Made by a program: the position numbers and the translations under genes. This document shows positions 12,801 through 27,000 of a DNA stretch of 64,000 nt, piece by piece; within the stretch, counting starts at the first letter, position 1, and each line of letters starts with the position of its first letter. The stretch covers positions 1-64,000 of the forward strand of contig NIVC01002688.1 in NCBI GenBank assembly GCA_002269645.1. Reading direction: 5' to 3'. The notes beneath the pieces were generated by a model. That model was not told the DNA's origin, made no database searches, and worked only from the letters and a program-made list of their open reading frames with translations. The DNA is from Macrostomum lignano (Eukaryota).

Positions 12801-13819
12801 TCGAAGTATTCCTACCTAACAAAGCAAAACTGCTCAAAATGTGCGATTTTTTCAATAAATCCTTGATAGCGCCACTCCACTTTTACCGGTCCTGTCACAA
12901 ACAATCTTCAACTATTTTGACACAGTTGTTAAAAGTTCAAATCTCAAAATTTATCCTGAACTGTGCTGCGCACTTTTAAAGTTAAGCTGCTCTTTGTCAG
13001 CAAGACAGCCACCATAACCTCTGCTCTCTTTCCCTTATCTGGCAAGATGTGGTAAAGGGGTTTTTAAAATTGACTAACTTTCGGCTGCCATAACTTCATA
13101 AGTTTGCTCCATGTGAAGTGATTGACTTCAAGCAAGACACAATTCTTCATTGACTCATTTTTCTCTGTCTAAAATATAAAGTCTCAACTCTGCAACTCTG
13201 TAGCTTTTTTGTTGTTTGTGATGCTCACCCGCTCATTCTTCCAGACCAAGGGTACAGGCGATAGGGCTGAGTGTACATAGCAAATTACAATGTATTTGAA
13301 ATAACTTTTTATAGCCCTCTCGGCACCCCTGTGGAGAGGCTACGTCTAGCCATGGCAGTTTAGTGAGAAATTCTAACCACTGTCCTCTGTATACATGTAC
13401 ATTTAGACAACTCTGCGGCAGTTTAATAGTGGATGGCAAATGAAGACAATGCAGCATGGTTTGTAAAAGCGAAAGATTTATAAAAAACAATGCAATACAA
13501 TATACAATCCTACTAAATTAGTCAGTCACACCATGGAAATTCTAACATTTTAAACTTTATTAAAAGGTACTTTGAAATTTAAATGCCTATACATATTTCT
13601 TTGGTTGCTAGATTGCTGCAAACTGCGGTGGAGCTAGAGATACACAAATTCCCCACAGGGCTGCAATTTGGCCAGAAATATGATGTGATCAAAGCAGTCA
13701 GCAAACGGCCGACTAAATGAAACAAGCATGAGAGTACTGCCCCACAGACTGGCTTTTGGTCGGCAGACTTTTACCTCAAGGGCTAGGCTAGATAAAGAAT
13801 CCAGCTCATGACTGCAGGC

Positions 13820-14340
13820 TAGATGAGACTGATAGTGGAAAAGAGAGAGAATAGACGATTAGAAAAGGGAGGAGAGGCAAGACGAGAAAAAGGATAGAAG
13901 ATAAAAGGAGAAGAGGGTAGTAACGAGAGAGGGGGAAAAGAGGGAAGAGAGAGAAGCAAGAGGAGAGAGAGGAGGGGCGAAAAATGTGAGAAGAGGGAAA
14001 AGAGAGAAGAGAAGGGAGAGAGGAGAGAAAAGAAAGGAGAGATGAGAGACAAAAGGAGAGAGAAGTGGAGTGAGGAGAGAGGAGAGAAAAGGAGAGAAAA
14101 AAGGGGAAGAAAAATAAGAGAGAGAGTAAAGAAAAGAAGAGAGACGAGAGAGCAGATAGATAGGAGATATGAGAATAAAGAAGAGAAAGTAGAGAGGAGA
14201 GAATAGAGAGGAGATGAGAGAGTTGATAAGAGAGAAGAGGGGAGAGATGATAAATAGGAGAGTACAGATTAGAGATGAGAGAGATGAGATGAGACAGGAA
14301 AGAATAGATTAGAGAGGATCAAGACAAGAGAAGAGTGTCG
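13820..14340. repeat. GA-rich low-complexity tract
   Basis: Purine-rich gagag/agaa sequence. Confidence 0.85.
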
Positions 14341-14639
14341 CGACTTTCCTAGTCATTTCTTTAGTTCACCTTCACTTGTCTCTGTTTACTCCGTTTTCTC
14401 TCTCTCTGTCTAGCTCAATCTTGTTATTCTTATCTCTCTCTCTCCCTTGCTGCCTTCTGATTGGTTCTCCATTCTCGCCTCTCTCTTCAGTCGCGCACTT
14501 CACCCCTCTCCTTATTATCTGGAGTCAACCCCCCTCTAAATTAGTCATATAAATATACTTGTTTGGGCCCTGCGCCCACTTACTGGCGTATCTTAGATTC
14601 AATTTAACTCCAATTAAATAGTTTTTAGTTTAGTTAGTA

Positions 14640-15020
14640 TTTTTTCTACAAAGAGAGTAGAGAGATGATAGGAGTGAGAAATGAGAGCAGAGAGTAGAGA
14701 GAAAAGAGGAAATAGGAGAAGAATGAAGAGATAAGTATTGAGAGATGGGAGAGTGAGGAGTGAGAAAAGGGAAGAGCGAAGAGAGAGTAAAGAGCAGAGA
14801 GAAATGAGAGATAAGAGAACATAGATAAAAGAGGAGAAAGAAGAAATGAGAAAGCAGAGATGAGAAAAAAGAAAGGAGAGAGGAAAGGAGAAAAAAATAG
14901 AAACAAAATATAAAAGGAGAGAAGAAAGGAGAGAGGAGATAAAAGGAAAGAGAAAAAAGAGAAGAAACAGAAGAAAAAATAGAAGTTTCAAAGGATCTAA
15001 GGGAGATAGAGAGAGACAAA
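14640..15020. repeat. GA-rich low-complexity tract
   Basis: Purine-rich sequence; it gives rise to spurious Phe/Ser/Leu-rich ORFs on the minus strand. Confidence 0.85.
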
Positions 15021-16382
15021 GGCAAAGGCCACAGTTTGCCAATATATGCTTTAGACAGACATTGCTATGCAGTATCCCAGCCAATAAGATTAATGCTTGC
15101 TTCAAATCTTACTTTTACATGAATTCATTCCATTTAATGTTTACTACTATCTTAACTATTAACAAGTTTATATTTGAGTATGGCTTTAAATTTTAGAATA
15201 AATGCAAAAATAGTTCTAGGGATTAATATTCCATGGGTTTGAAATCTGCAAGTTTTAATAGCCAGTATATTATATTTAGATTTAGACTTAGACTACTTTG
15301 ACTAAGTCAAGATATATTTGCTAATACATATATTCTAATCTAAAATAAATTAATCAATAATTTTTTTTAGAAAACTATATTATACTACTTAGTCTTATCA
15401 ATATTATATATGTATAATTGCTAGCTAATCTAAATAATCTAATTAGTAGAAGTGACAAAAAAAATTATAATTCCTTTTAATTAAATTACAAAACTAAATC
15501 TTACGACCAGTGTAATTTCAGAGGTTGAACATGTATAAAATAATAATATTAATGAAATAGTGCAGTTGTATCACCATTTAAGAACAAGGAACAAAAATTA
15601 TTAGAAAATGGCTAGTAATAATATATAATAGAATTATCTTTTTAAAAGTAAACTAGATAGATAATTAATTTTTAATTACTTCTGATACTATTTTCTTTGG
15701 ATTTTTTTAAGTTAGACTACTTAGATAAGATATTAAAATAAGTTTTTAAACATACATGCATTCACAAAGGGGCAGAAGAAAGACTTATAATCCAGGCCTA
15801 TTATATAAGCAAAGATAATATACGAAATTATATATAATAGGCAAAGTAAAACTTTGAAAGCAATTTTAACTTACCGGTACATAGACAGTAGCCTATAATA
15901 CTATAGTCTATTGCTATGAAACACGCGAGCAAAATTAGTCTAGACTTCAATGATTCAGATTCTGGCGACACTAATAGAAAAGATCAAGATGGTCCAATCG
16001 TCACTGAACTTGGCTTAAATAAGAAAGAACAACAATTGTTTTAGATTAAGATAATTCAACAAAGCTAACCAGAATGCTTCATTGCTTCTTTTTCGTAAAC
16101 TATTAACATAAATCTAGCGTCATGCACACCGGTACTTAATCGCCTGTTTATAAAGGGGCGATATACTTACTCTAGCAAATTCAAAATATCGAAAGCGAAA
16201 AGCGAAAAGTATCACTCCAATATGAACATGATTTTATTAGGTTATGTTATTTTTACTGTGTTTTTTAGTTGCAATTAGTAAAGCAACAGTACTTTTGAAA
16301 TAAAAACGTAAGCTTGATTAGTTTTACTGCGTTACGTGCAATAATAAAAGTTCCGTAGCATTCTTACTGGCCTGTATATATA

Positions 16383-16872
16383 TACGAGGGTCATCCCAAA
16401 AGTTCTCTGTATCACTGAATTACTCCTACGAACTGGCATCAATTTTGAAGAAACTGCACACAAACTTGCACCAATATCTGCACACAACATTGATGAATTT
16501 TCATAAAAAAATCTCCATGCAATTAGAAATAACAAGCTGAGTTGTCCAACACCTTCAGAGCAAATGGACAGCTCTCACATTGACTTCTTTAACTGGCACA
16601 GTGCAGCTCGTGAAGCATCACCGACTGAATAGGCAAGTGTCACAAGCAGAAAAGTGAATGAACTTGACAAGAATTCCATCATTTATTCTTGAATGACTGG
16701 CTGACTCACATGACATGCTTGTTATTTCTAATTGCATGGAGATTTTTTTTATGAAAATTCATCAATGTTGTGTGCAGATATTGGTGCAAGTTTGTGTGCA
16801 GTTTCTTCAAAATTGATGCCAGTTCGTAGGAGTAATTCAGTGATACAGAAAACTTTTAAGATGACCCTCGTA
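16383..16872. mobile_element. Tc1/mariner-type MITE, 490 bp with about 155-bp TIRs and TA TSD
   Basis: TA|TACGAGGGTCATCCCAAAAGTT...AACAAGC (16383-16537) is the near-perfect reverse complement of GCTTGTT...ATGACCCTCGTA|TA (16717-16872); TACGAGGG is a typical mariner terminus. Confidence 0.9.
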
Positions 16873-16904
16873 TATATACTATGTTCTTATATATAAATAA
16901 GAAC

Positions 16905-18900
16905 GCTAAGATTGTGGTAGGCGTCTTGCGCGCACGCACTCACAGAAGAGGCGAGAAGGACAGTTTGTTACAGATTGTGGGGTCAGGTTAATGGCTTGTA
17001 GGTCAGACTCTAGCGTGACGGTCAGCGTGGCGGTCCGCCGGCCTTGGCCCCGTCGGAGACGCTCAGTTGGCTGTTGCAGCAGGGTGAGCGCCAGCGGGTT
17101 TTGCTCCCCTCTGCCGTAGCTGTAGAGGCAGTGGCCGACGAGCATTAGCCGGCGCCGCTGGAGGATGGCATTAAGCTGAGACACGTGAACCGCAGCAGCG
17201 ATCGGTAGGCAGCGTCCAGGGCTCGAGACCTCGAGAGTCGGTCATTGGCACTGCCTCCAGTCCGTACAGGAAGATTGGCCCTACGGCAGGGCGGAACAGG
17301 CGCATCTTCAGGTCGTCGTTGGCAGCTAAGCTGAAGCTGACCTCCCTGAGGAGATGAGCCGCGCGCCAGGCCTGTGACCTCCGGTCAGCGATTATAGAAT
17401 CAGGGCTCATCACGAGGGAGCCCAGGTACCGGAAGTCTCTGCAGACTGAAATGACTTGCCCATCTGGAAGGGTCAGGATTGGTGCTGCATCGGTGCCCAC
17501 GTGCTCGAGCAGCCACGCGATCGCGCGCCAGCACACTGAGTCAAAAGCTTTGCGGAAGTCCACAAAGACAATTGACACAGCTCTTTGGTGAGTTTTACAG
17601 GCCTCGACGACTGCTCAAAGGGCTGCTCTGTTGTCGAGTGGCCGGGCCTGAAGCCCATTTGGAGGCTCAGGATCATTTGGTTGAGGCCAGGCAGCAGCCG
17701 ATTACGCAATATAGCATTGAGCAGCTTAGCCAGAGTGCATTCCAGAGCGATGCCGCGTTGGTTGTCCAGACTGGTGGATGCCCTTCTCGGGGATGGAGAC
17801 GATCTTAGAGGTGCGCCAGTTGTCAGCAGCAGTAGCATCTGGGTTGCCTCCAAGCGGAAAGTGCTTGTTGAGCACAGTCGTGATGTCCTGTGTCAGCTCC
17901 GGCAGCTTGAGCACCCTGGGTGGAATGCCATCTACTCCACCCGCAGCGTCGAGGCGCATGGTCTTGAGCACTCGGGGTTCACCTCGTAGGCAGTCAGCGG
18001 GCCGGAGTTGAAAGTCGAGGGCTCAGCCAGGGTAAAATTTTCGATCGGCAGCAAATCAGCAGAGGGTGAAGGAGCGTTGAGCACACTGAGGTAGTGAGTG
18101 GCCAGCAGGGCTTTGCGATGGAGTATGGACTCAGCACCTACGGCGGCATTGGCCCTCTGCTTTCTGCCAGTAAGGCGATTGATGGCGCGCCAGGCCGCTG
18201 TGTGCCAGCAGTTGTCTGTCGCTAGTTGAATTTCAGCAACAGCCTCCTGGACAAAGGCTTCGGTTCTCCGGGCATGCGTGTCGCGTAGTTGGGCCCGGGC
18301 TGTTTCAGCCTGCTCACTGTCTTGGCCAAAGACTGCGGTTTTCTAGCGATGGAGATCTCCTCGTCGTAGTCCCAGAGCGCTTTTGGCTTGTGCGGTTTTC
18401 GTTCGAGTAGGATCGAGGCAGCTTTCTCAACAGCTCTGGTGAAGGCGTCCGCCGATTCATTCAGGGCCGGAGTAGCATTTTGCAGCTTTTCAATGAACGC
18501 ACTGCGCGTGTCTGGGTTTCTCAGATCTGCCCAGAGGGGGTGCGGTGGGCCAGCCTTGAACTTTTTCCATCGGCAGTCGATGTCGCAGGCCAGCAGAGAA
18601 TGGTCGGACCTCACGCAGCTGGGGCGGATATTGACCACTTTGCGCAGTCGAGATCTGATGGCCGATGGGCACAAAATCCAGTCCAGCCTGGTGGTCCGTC
18701 CATTTGGGCCGAGAAGGTGGGCAGCTTGTTTTACCGCTGTCGCATGAACCATTGGCTGCAATCAGGTCTTGAGAGTGAATGAAAGTTGACAGGAAGTCCG
18801 AGTTGGTGTTGGTGGAGCAGCAGTTGTTCTTCACCATCAGGCCATCAGGGGACAGTGGCGCGTTGGGACCGAGTCGATGAGTGATCCCAGGTGGTCATAC
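16905..18900 (-). mobile_element. Degenerate RTE-like non-LTR retrotransposon (APE endonuclease + RT), frameshifted and internally deleted
   Basis: APE C terminus GPNGRTTRLDWIL..RSDHSLL; RT motifs AAGGVDGIPPRVLK, WRTSKIVSIPEKG, RGIALECTLAKLLNAILRNRL, QMGFRPGHST, FVDFRKAFDSV, FRYLGS; C-terminal LFRPAVGPIFLYGLE and RRRLMLVGHC. The central RT domains including YADD are missing near 17490. Confidence 0.88.
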
Positions 18901-18995
18901 ATTGACGCAATCTCGGCCTATAGCCTTACTTACGAGCGTACAATCCAGATCTGTTTAGACTTGGAAATGAGACTAGCCAATTCATACCTACTAAT

Positions 18996-19310
18996 ATGGG
19001 CTACAAATGCAGCGTTTGTGCTGCAAATCCGGCTTACATGCCGCACAAAACCGGAGAGCAAACGTCTTTGCGTTGCCAAAAAATGAAGAACGTTGACAAG
19101 TATGGTCAGGTGGTATTCCGAATGCTAATCTGAAAGGCTTTGCTTCCCAGCGAGCAAAGCACCAAAGCATCAATGCTCAAAGCATCTCAAAGACTGATTT
19201 TGAGACAGAGTCGGCAGATCAGAAGTCTTCGCAAGCAGAGTCATTTTCGCGACAAGGGCCTGAGAAAAAAATGCTGAAAGCCGATGCCATTCCACCCAAA
19301 TTCAGCGAGC
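18996..19310 (+). pseudogene. THAP zinc-finger remnant (P-element/Galileo-like transposase N terminus)
   Basis: Across frameshifts: MGYKCSV..CKSG, FALPKNEER*QVW, CSKH, DFE...LKADAIPPKF. These correspond to the THAP C2CH consensus (C..C, F.FP, W, CS.HF, L..DAVP). Confidence 0.6.
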
Positions 19311-20040
19311 TGCCAAGACCAGCGCTTTAATTATGAAGTCCGAAAGGGCAGGCACTTTCTTTATCTCGCCTTTAATTGTTGAGCAATTGCGCCCTTGGAT
19401 CGATGAGCTTTTAAGTTAGAAGGTGCATTTATTGCACCAGTATTTTAAAAACTGCAAATTGTTGTTAATTTCTTTCGATCTTATCGATTAGTCACAAGAA
19501 TTAAACATCTCCAAGTTGCTACGATCATACGGTTACGTCGCTGAGAATTTGAGCTTCAAAGGTTTATTCGCGGGAGACATAGTGCCTGACTAATTTAATC
19601 AGGCACCTGTTTCCGAATCCAGATGATCAGACGCATATCCGCGTCCCCTATAAACGCTGAAAAAATGTTAAACAAAAAGCCATCTGCCATGGCAACTGCG
19701 AGATCTGATGTTGCCTCGTCCTTTTTTTGTCGATGCCAGTCTTGTAAAGTGGTTCTTGCAGAGAAATTTTCTATAAGTCACACCAAAACGGCTTCTCATC
19801 GTTGCCTTCAGTGTACCTTCAACTTGAAATTGATTTCGATGATTTCCCTCTGAACTATCAGTTTCTCAAGCGCAAAAAAATCGAGGAAACTTACTTGTGC
19901 TACCCTTCAGACTCATCCGTTCTTTTATACATGTACATGACGGCCTTCAAATTGCTTGGAAGGGGTAAGTTTAAATTTTAAAATGATAGGAATATTATAA
20001 TTGATTACATTTTGCCCCAATTGAGCAAAATGTGCAACCG

Positions 20041-20277
20041 ACAGCTTAGCCAGAGCTACCCTGGTATACGGCTGTTCAGCCCAATGACTAAAGGGGGGTC
20101 GCCAAACACCCTCAATTACCCCAGCTAATGCTGATATCCATTTTACAGCTGGGTGAACTGAAGCAATGCAGAGCTAAGTGTCTTCCTTAAGAACACAATT
20201 ATTCCAAGTGGGTCGAGAATCGAACCCCCGACCTTTAAGTCCGTGATTCCGACGCTCTAACCAATGAGCTACAACCC
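20041..20277 (-). mobile_element. tRNA-derived CORE-SINE
   Basis: Minus-strand head gggttgTAGCTCATTGGttagagcg (A box)..GGTTCGATTCtc (B box), then gttcttaaggaagacacttagctctgcattgcttcagttcacccagctgtaaaatgg, which is MIR/CORE-like. Confidence 0.85.
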
Positions 20278-21035
20278 TACTTCTCGAATTATTTGAAAAG
20301 TAATATTCTGTGGCGGTGCACAGCCGGGATCGAGAACTTAGGGCGTTCGGACGCAGGCTCCAGCCAAGGACCACTGTAGCAGAAGGACTCAGCACTCACA
20401 AACCACGGGAAAATTTTTGAAGGCTGATTTTCAAAGTTTGATGCTGCCTCTTCAAATACAGATATTAAGATGATTTTTGAACCACATGAGCAGCTGAATG
20501 TTTTAAGAAAATTGGCTGACCTTTCCACACATTTTAGTGATGTTTGTTACTTACAATGAAGAGTTTTGTACTGCACTCTGATAGCTCTCAAACTCTCAAA
20601 GTTTGAATATGGCTATATATTATTGGCTTAGTTAAGAAGTCGAGTACAAGAGAACTAAAAAATGTGATTGCACACAGATGCAATGGCGTGCAAGTTTGTA
20701 GTCAGACACAAAGCGTGCGGAATATCAGCCTTCAAATTTTTTCCGTGCTTCGTGAGTGCCGAGTCCTTCTACTACAGTGGTCCTTGCTTAGTACACGTAT
20801 AAATTTGAATCTATAATCTGTAGCTTACTATAATAAAATTGAATTTCTAAACCATAACGAGGCTCGTAGTTTATGAACAGCTACAGTCATAATTCAGAAC
20901 TCTATAAACTGATTTTGAAGTCCAGTTGAATTCACGCGCAGCAATCAACCGCGTCAGTTATTCAGCAGGAAATATATATTATAATAAGCAAACAGTAACG
21001 TTAGATAACTCTCTGAAGGCTCGAAGAATCAAAAC

Positions 21036-24000
21036 CTATGAAGCTTCGGGCGAAAACTCGACCTTCCTGCGCCACCCCACCCTCCAGCAGCGCAAGCGGC
21101 AGGCAAACCAGACAGCTCGCAGTGCGGCACCCAAGAAGGGCGCAGGTGGCGCACCCAGCTGCTCTTCCACATCGAACTGGTCGGCTGCAACCGAATTTCC
21201 GTGGGTCTCAGCCTCACCAGCCGCATCAGGCAAGCTGCTATCCAGCGACGGCAGCAGGAGAAGCGTCAGCGAGCCGTCCGCGCAGCCGCACAGCGCGCCG
21301 CTGGAGTCGGCCAGGCAGGCGAGCGCCATCAGCTCAGCGGGCAGTCGGAACTCGGCCAGCAGGGCGCGGTCGGCGAGCCGCACAAGCCGCAGGCTGCCGC
21401 GCGCCGCCCGATAGTGCAGCGCGTGTCCACCGTCCGGAGTCAACGCCGAGATGCCGACGCTGCCGACGCCGTCAGCGGGTGAGCGGCGTAGCAGCCAAGC
21501 GGGTGGGTCTCCCGCTGGCTGGCGAAGTTCCAGCAGGCGAAGGCCGCCGGCCGCAGGTGCCGCCAGTCCGCGATGGCCGTCCAAAGTGGCGATGCCGTCC
21601 CAGTCGGGGAAGGAGCGCAGAGCTCGGCCGGTGCGGAGGTCCAGAACCAGCGTCTGCCGGGCGTCGAGCGACACGGCCAGGCAGCCCGGCCAGCCGGACA
21701 GTGGGCGAGCGACCGACTGCGGACCGGCTGAACCGGACAGGCGCGGCCGGACAGTCTCACAGATGGCGCCGGTGCGGGGCTCCAGCAGCCGCAGGACGAG
21801 CTGCTGACCGGACACGAGCAGCGGCAGCAGCAGAGCCAGCGCCATCTGACAGCCGCTGCCGACTGCATCCGGCCAGAAGCTCGGCTCCAGCGGTGTCTCC
21901 TTCTGCGGCAGATCCGCCTGCCACAGGGGCTGCGAGCAAAGCGGCTCGGCCACGGACAGGCAGCGCAGGCGGAGCCGGTCCACCACGACGAAAAGGCCGC
22001 CGTCCGGGCTGAAGACCAGCGCCGACGGCTCGCTGACGGGCAGCTCCAGCAGCAGGCGGCCCTCGCGGCAGCTCCAGACGGCCAGCCGGCGGACTTCCGC
22101 CACCGCGGCGATCGAGCCGTCCGGCCGGAGGGCCGCGTGGCGGACGGCTGCAGCGCTGGCCCCGGCGGCCGCGGCCGCTGCTCCGGCGCAGGGCAGGCGG
22201 TGCAGCAGGCGACAGCCGGCCGAGACGTCCCAGACGGTGGCGCCACCGCGCCCCCAGGTCAGAGCGATGGCGCCGTCGAGGGAGACCCGCGCGGCCTCGA
22301 TGGGGTAGTCGGCTCGCGGGAGCGGGAACTGGCGCGCGGTCACGGCGTCCAGATCCCACACCTTCAGTGTGCGGTCCATGGCCGCGGTGACGGCCCGGTT
22401 CCCGGCGGCCACCGCCTCCACCGCCAGGATGCGCCCGAAGTGGCCATCCAGCCGCTTGATGCAGGCGCCGGTGGCGCAGGAGAAGACCAGCAGCAGGTGG
22501 CGCACTGGCGCCAGCAGAAGGCGCCGGTCTGGGCTGAAGGCGGCGCAGGCGCGGGTCGGGTCCCGGCCGGGCAGGCAGCGCAAACCTTCGGGCAGGCGGC
22601 CGCAGACCCGCCGTTTCTCCGCCTGCCGCAGGTGCCAAACGGCGAACTCGGTCGGCCACAGCGCTGCCAGGAGGCCGCCGCAGGGGCTGACGAGCAGACT
22701 GTGCGGCTGCTGCTGCTGCTGGCAGTCGCGGCAGTCCAGCTCGCAGGCGGTGCTGAACTCGCTGTCCGCGTCCGGCCGCTCCAGCAGCCGGACGGTCTGC
22801 CCGTGTCCGGGCGTGGCCGCGTACGCTCTCAACAGGTCCTCGGAGAAGGCGGCGCAGCTGCCGACGTCCAGGTGCCGCTGCCACCGTCCGAAGCCATCGC
22901 GCAGCCGCAGCTGCCGGCCGCCGCCGACCCGGAAGACGGCGATGAAGCCGCAGCGGCCGCCGGACTCCGCTGGCAGGCGCAGCCGCAGCAGCTGCTCGTC
23001 CGGGCCGCAGCCGAGGCTTCGCAGGTCACCGGCGGCCAGGCGCCGGTCGCTCTCCCAGTCCAGGACCGCCCACCGCCTGGCCGAGAACAGCGCGTAGCAG
23101 TCCTTGGCTGCATCAACCCCCAGCAGTGGCTCGCCGGCGCCCAGCGGCGTCTCCAAGCAGCGCAGGCGGCCCTCGGAGAAGCGGGCGACCACCGCCTGGC
23201 CGTTGCTGGTGGCCGCCGCGCACCTGCAGTTGGCGTGGGAGCGGCTTCGCAGCGTGAGGCATTCGGCCAGCCCCGCCCACAGGCCCCACATCAGGTGCAA
23301 AAAGTGCAAACCTGTCGCCCGAGGCGCGCATGGCAACGCAGAGGCCCTGCAGTCCCGGCACGGGCAAGCGGCGCAGCAGCTCGCCAGAGCGCAGGTCCCA
23401 CTGCAGCAGAGCGCTGGACAGCGAGGCCAGCTGGCTGCCATCGGGGCTGACGGCGACGCCGCAGGGCGCGAACTGATGGCCCTCCAGCGAGTGCTCGAGC
23501 GGGCCGCAGGGCGCTGGCAGCCACTGGTGCGCCGGCACGAGGGCGCAGTGGACGACGCTTCGCACCCGGCAGTCCAGCAGCAGCCGGCGCAGCGCCGGGT
23601 GCCGGTCGGTGAAGGGCAGCAGGCGGCCAATCAGCTGGGCGGCCAGCATGTCCGGGTGGCCGGACACGGCGCTGGCCGAGAGGCGCAGGCACTCGCGCAG
23701 CAGCAGCAGCTCGCGGTCCTCGCCTGCGAAATTGCGCGGACAGAATGCTGTACGATCGGCCCCGATAGCCCGCAGCAACACCCGGCATCTCGGTGATTTC
23801 GGCTCACCTCCAGTGGCCTCCAAGGCCTCCTGCAGGTCCGCCAGCAGGTGTCGCAGAGGGCAGGCCGCCACCTTAGCGTGCAGGAAGTCATAGTTTAAGA
23901 GGCACTCAGAGCGGAGCTCGGCCTGCCTGTTGGCCCGCAGTAGGTGATGAGGCAGCTGGCCCAGCTTCCTTAAGTTGTAGCGGCTGAGCCGCCCGGCCGA

Positions 24001-27000
24001 GTCGCGCAGTTCCAGCGGCTGCGGCGCCACCCGACGGCCGCTGCGGGACTCTGCGGCCTCGGCGGTGATGCCGAACCGCTGGCACTGCAGCTCCGAGTGC
24101 CTGAAGGGCTTTGGCACCTGCGGAGTGGGGGCGCCACTGGAAACTACGAGCTAAAATATATATTAATATTGGGTCTCGGTGACATTGTCCCACAACTAGC
24201 GCTAAGGCAATCCCGCACATACAAGCGTCAATACTGTACACAGGCACGCACTCATACACAGGCTCCCACAGGGTGTACAGCAGCACTGACTTTCTAATCA
24301 TCAGTCATGTACACTCTGTAAATTGGGGGTTGGCCCTCGTCATGGGTGTGAATTGTGCGACAACCTCTCGCCCAATTATCGTGCACTGTGTCTGGGTCCT
24401 CGCATCTCAGCCGTCTCTTCTATTACCCCATGCAATAACCCATGCAATACCCCATGCAATACCCCATGCAATACCCCAGCCCATCTGCCCAGGAAGTAGT
24501 CGGCCAGTGCATCGTGCACATCTGCCAGGAAGTTGACGTTGCGGAGGTAGCGCCGCTCGCAGGCGCTCCTGAACTGCCGGTGATGCCAACGCAGCACCAA
24601 AGCGCCGTCAGCCTCCGCCTCCGTCAGCAGCCCAGGCAACTCGGCGCGAACTCGTGACCACAGCAGAGGAGGCAGGCGACGCACCTGCAGAGATAATGTG
24701 CTGTTGTCTGACTTCCTAAGGAACTACAAGTACTAAGTAGAATACGGCTATATTACTATAAGTAGGTGGATAAAGCTATGAAGCAGACAGCTGATCCAAG
24801 CTCACCGGCGGCAGGTGGTATTGGAACACGTCGTTCAGCACCTCGTCGTCAAGCGACAGCAGGTCCTCCAGCTCGGCCTCGGACAGGCCGCTCCGGCTGG
24901 CCGTGATGAGCGACAGGGCCCGGGACACCAGCAGCCGGCCGTGCCGCGCCTCCACCGACTGCAGCAGCCGGTCGATGGCGGCCTCGGTGGCCAGCGGCAG
25001 CTCCGCCACCGCCTCGTAGCTGCGAAATCGCCGGGCTTCGCCGAGCAGCAGCCGGACGAACAGCGGCTCGGAGCTGGCCTGCAGGGCCTGCAGAAAGGCG
25101 GCCCGCTGCCCCGGCCCCGACAGCCGGCGGCCCTCGGCAGCCAGCCAGCCGTCCAGAGCGCGGGCCGCGGCGTCGGCACCCAGCGGCCCCAACGAGAGGC
25201 GGTTGGCGGCCGGCAGCGGGTGGCGGCAGGCGGGCGCGCCGGCCAGGGCGGAGGCGACGATCTTCACGCCCGGTGGCAGATGGTCGGGCATCCAAGCGAG
25301 CGCTGCCTCCGCCTCCGACAGCTCTTCGAGGCCGTCCAGCAGCAGCAGGAGGAGCCGCGGCCGGCCCTGCCTGCGGCCGACCGAGTCCAACAGCTGGCGG
25401 AATCGCTGCGCCAGCCGGAGCGGCTCCTCCGAGTTTGAGGCTGCCGCTGCCTCCGGTACGTCCAGCAGGTGGCCGAGGTGGCGGTTGAGGCCGGCCAGCA
25501 GGCCGGGCAGGGAGCTGCTGGCCGGCGAGGTGCCAAGGAAACGCAGGACGACGCTGAGCTCGCCGTTGCCGCCGCTCCCTGCCAGCCAGTCGGGGCCTAC
25601 AGTTGAATCGGAGAGCAAATGCTTTGAGTCCTGTTTGAGTCTCTCCAAGCAGAGCCAGTTGGCTCACCATAGCGCAGGCCCTCGCCATGAGGGCCGTCTT
25701 GCCGCAGCCCGGGTCGCCCTCGATGCGGAACGGCCGGCGGTTGCCACCGTCCGAGCAGTAGGCGGCCAGGGCCCGCAGCTCGGCCTCGCGACCATGGAAA
25801 TTCTGAAAATTGTGCACGAGTACACAGAATTATTTCGGCTTAAGAGGCCTGCTCAGGGTTCTGCTGGACAAGTGCGGTGTCAGTCTCACCTGACAGAGCC
25901 GGTTGCACAGGTGCATGTGGTGCAGCACCTCAGCCAGAGTGGGATCGTTGCTGGGCAATTTGTTCCGCTCTGCTCCCAAATCGATGAGCTGAGCTGTCCG
26001 CTGGTAGAAGGACTCGCAAAATTCTCCGATGTACTCTGCGGGAGCAGAGGTTGATGCGGAGACCCATTAAGGGGGCTGCTCAGCTTCCATAGAATAAAAT
26101 GTGGCACTTCGTCAGCTGGTCTTAACCGCTGAGCCAGGACCTCACCCGTGAAAACACGCAATTAAAGATTCAACGAAAGGTGCGATTTTGGTGACATGAG
26201 CGTTCGGGATGTGAAATTTCGGAGGCCTGAAAGTTCAGGGATGTGAAAGTTCGAAAGTGTGAAAGTTCAGGGATGTGAAATTTCGGAGGCGTGAAAGTTC
26301 AGGGATGTCAAATTTCGGAGGTGTGAAAGTTCAGGGATGTGAAAGTTCAGGGATGTGAAAGTTCAGGGATGTGAAAGTTCAGGGATGTGAAAGTTCAGGG
26401 ATGTGAAAGTTCAGGGATGTGAAAGTTCAGGGATGTGAAATTTCGGAGGTGTGAAAGTTCAGGGATGTGAAAGTTCGAAAATCGGCTTCTGTTTCGTTCC
26501 TGACAGGAAAGGTGGTCACCCAAACTCGCTTAGAAATCAGCAAAACCTCGAGTCCCAGCTGCCAGCCAAACCTGAGTGGGTGGCCTCGCAGATCCCGGCC
26601 GGGTCAATCCAGGGCTGCCGGAATTCGGCGATGGCCGCCGCTGGCAGGCAGGCGGGGATGCTGCGGTCCCGCAGGTGCTGCATCAGCAGCTGCGCCTCCT
26701 CATCAACGCCGTCCCCGCCGGCCGCCATGTCGATGAAGCTTCGTGCGGCGGCCGCGTTGGCGAGGTTGATGCCCTCCAGGTGGCGGATGAAGGCCAGGCA
26801 GTGCAGGTGGCAGTTCTTGGCCGTGAGGATGCCATGCAGGTTCTCGCGCTCCGTCACTGAGCAGTTCAAAGCGGTTGGGGCAAGTTCGAATTCGACAGTT
26901 GACTCAAACACGGTACTTTGCTCACAGATCTTTGAGTTGGTGGTGATTCTGGCTACTGGATTCTGGCTTTGAGCCAAGTCATAGGGTTCTTAGACGGTGT

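Noticed and set aside
13819-15105. Hydrophobic multi-TM-like ORFs
   Set aside because: Translations of GA/CT low-complexity tracts.
20195-20277. tRNA gene
   Set aside because: Has A/B boxes but no convincing cloverleaf and continues into a CORE domain, so it is a SINE head; likewise 61240-61310.
21038-25817. Many overlapping Arg/Ala/Pro-rich ORFs on both strands
   Set aside because: Shadow ORFs of GC-rich NWD exons.
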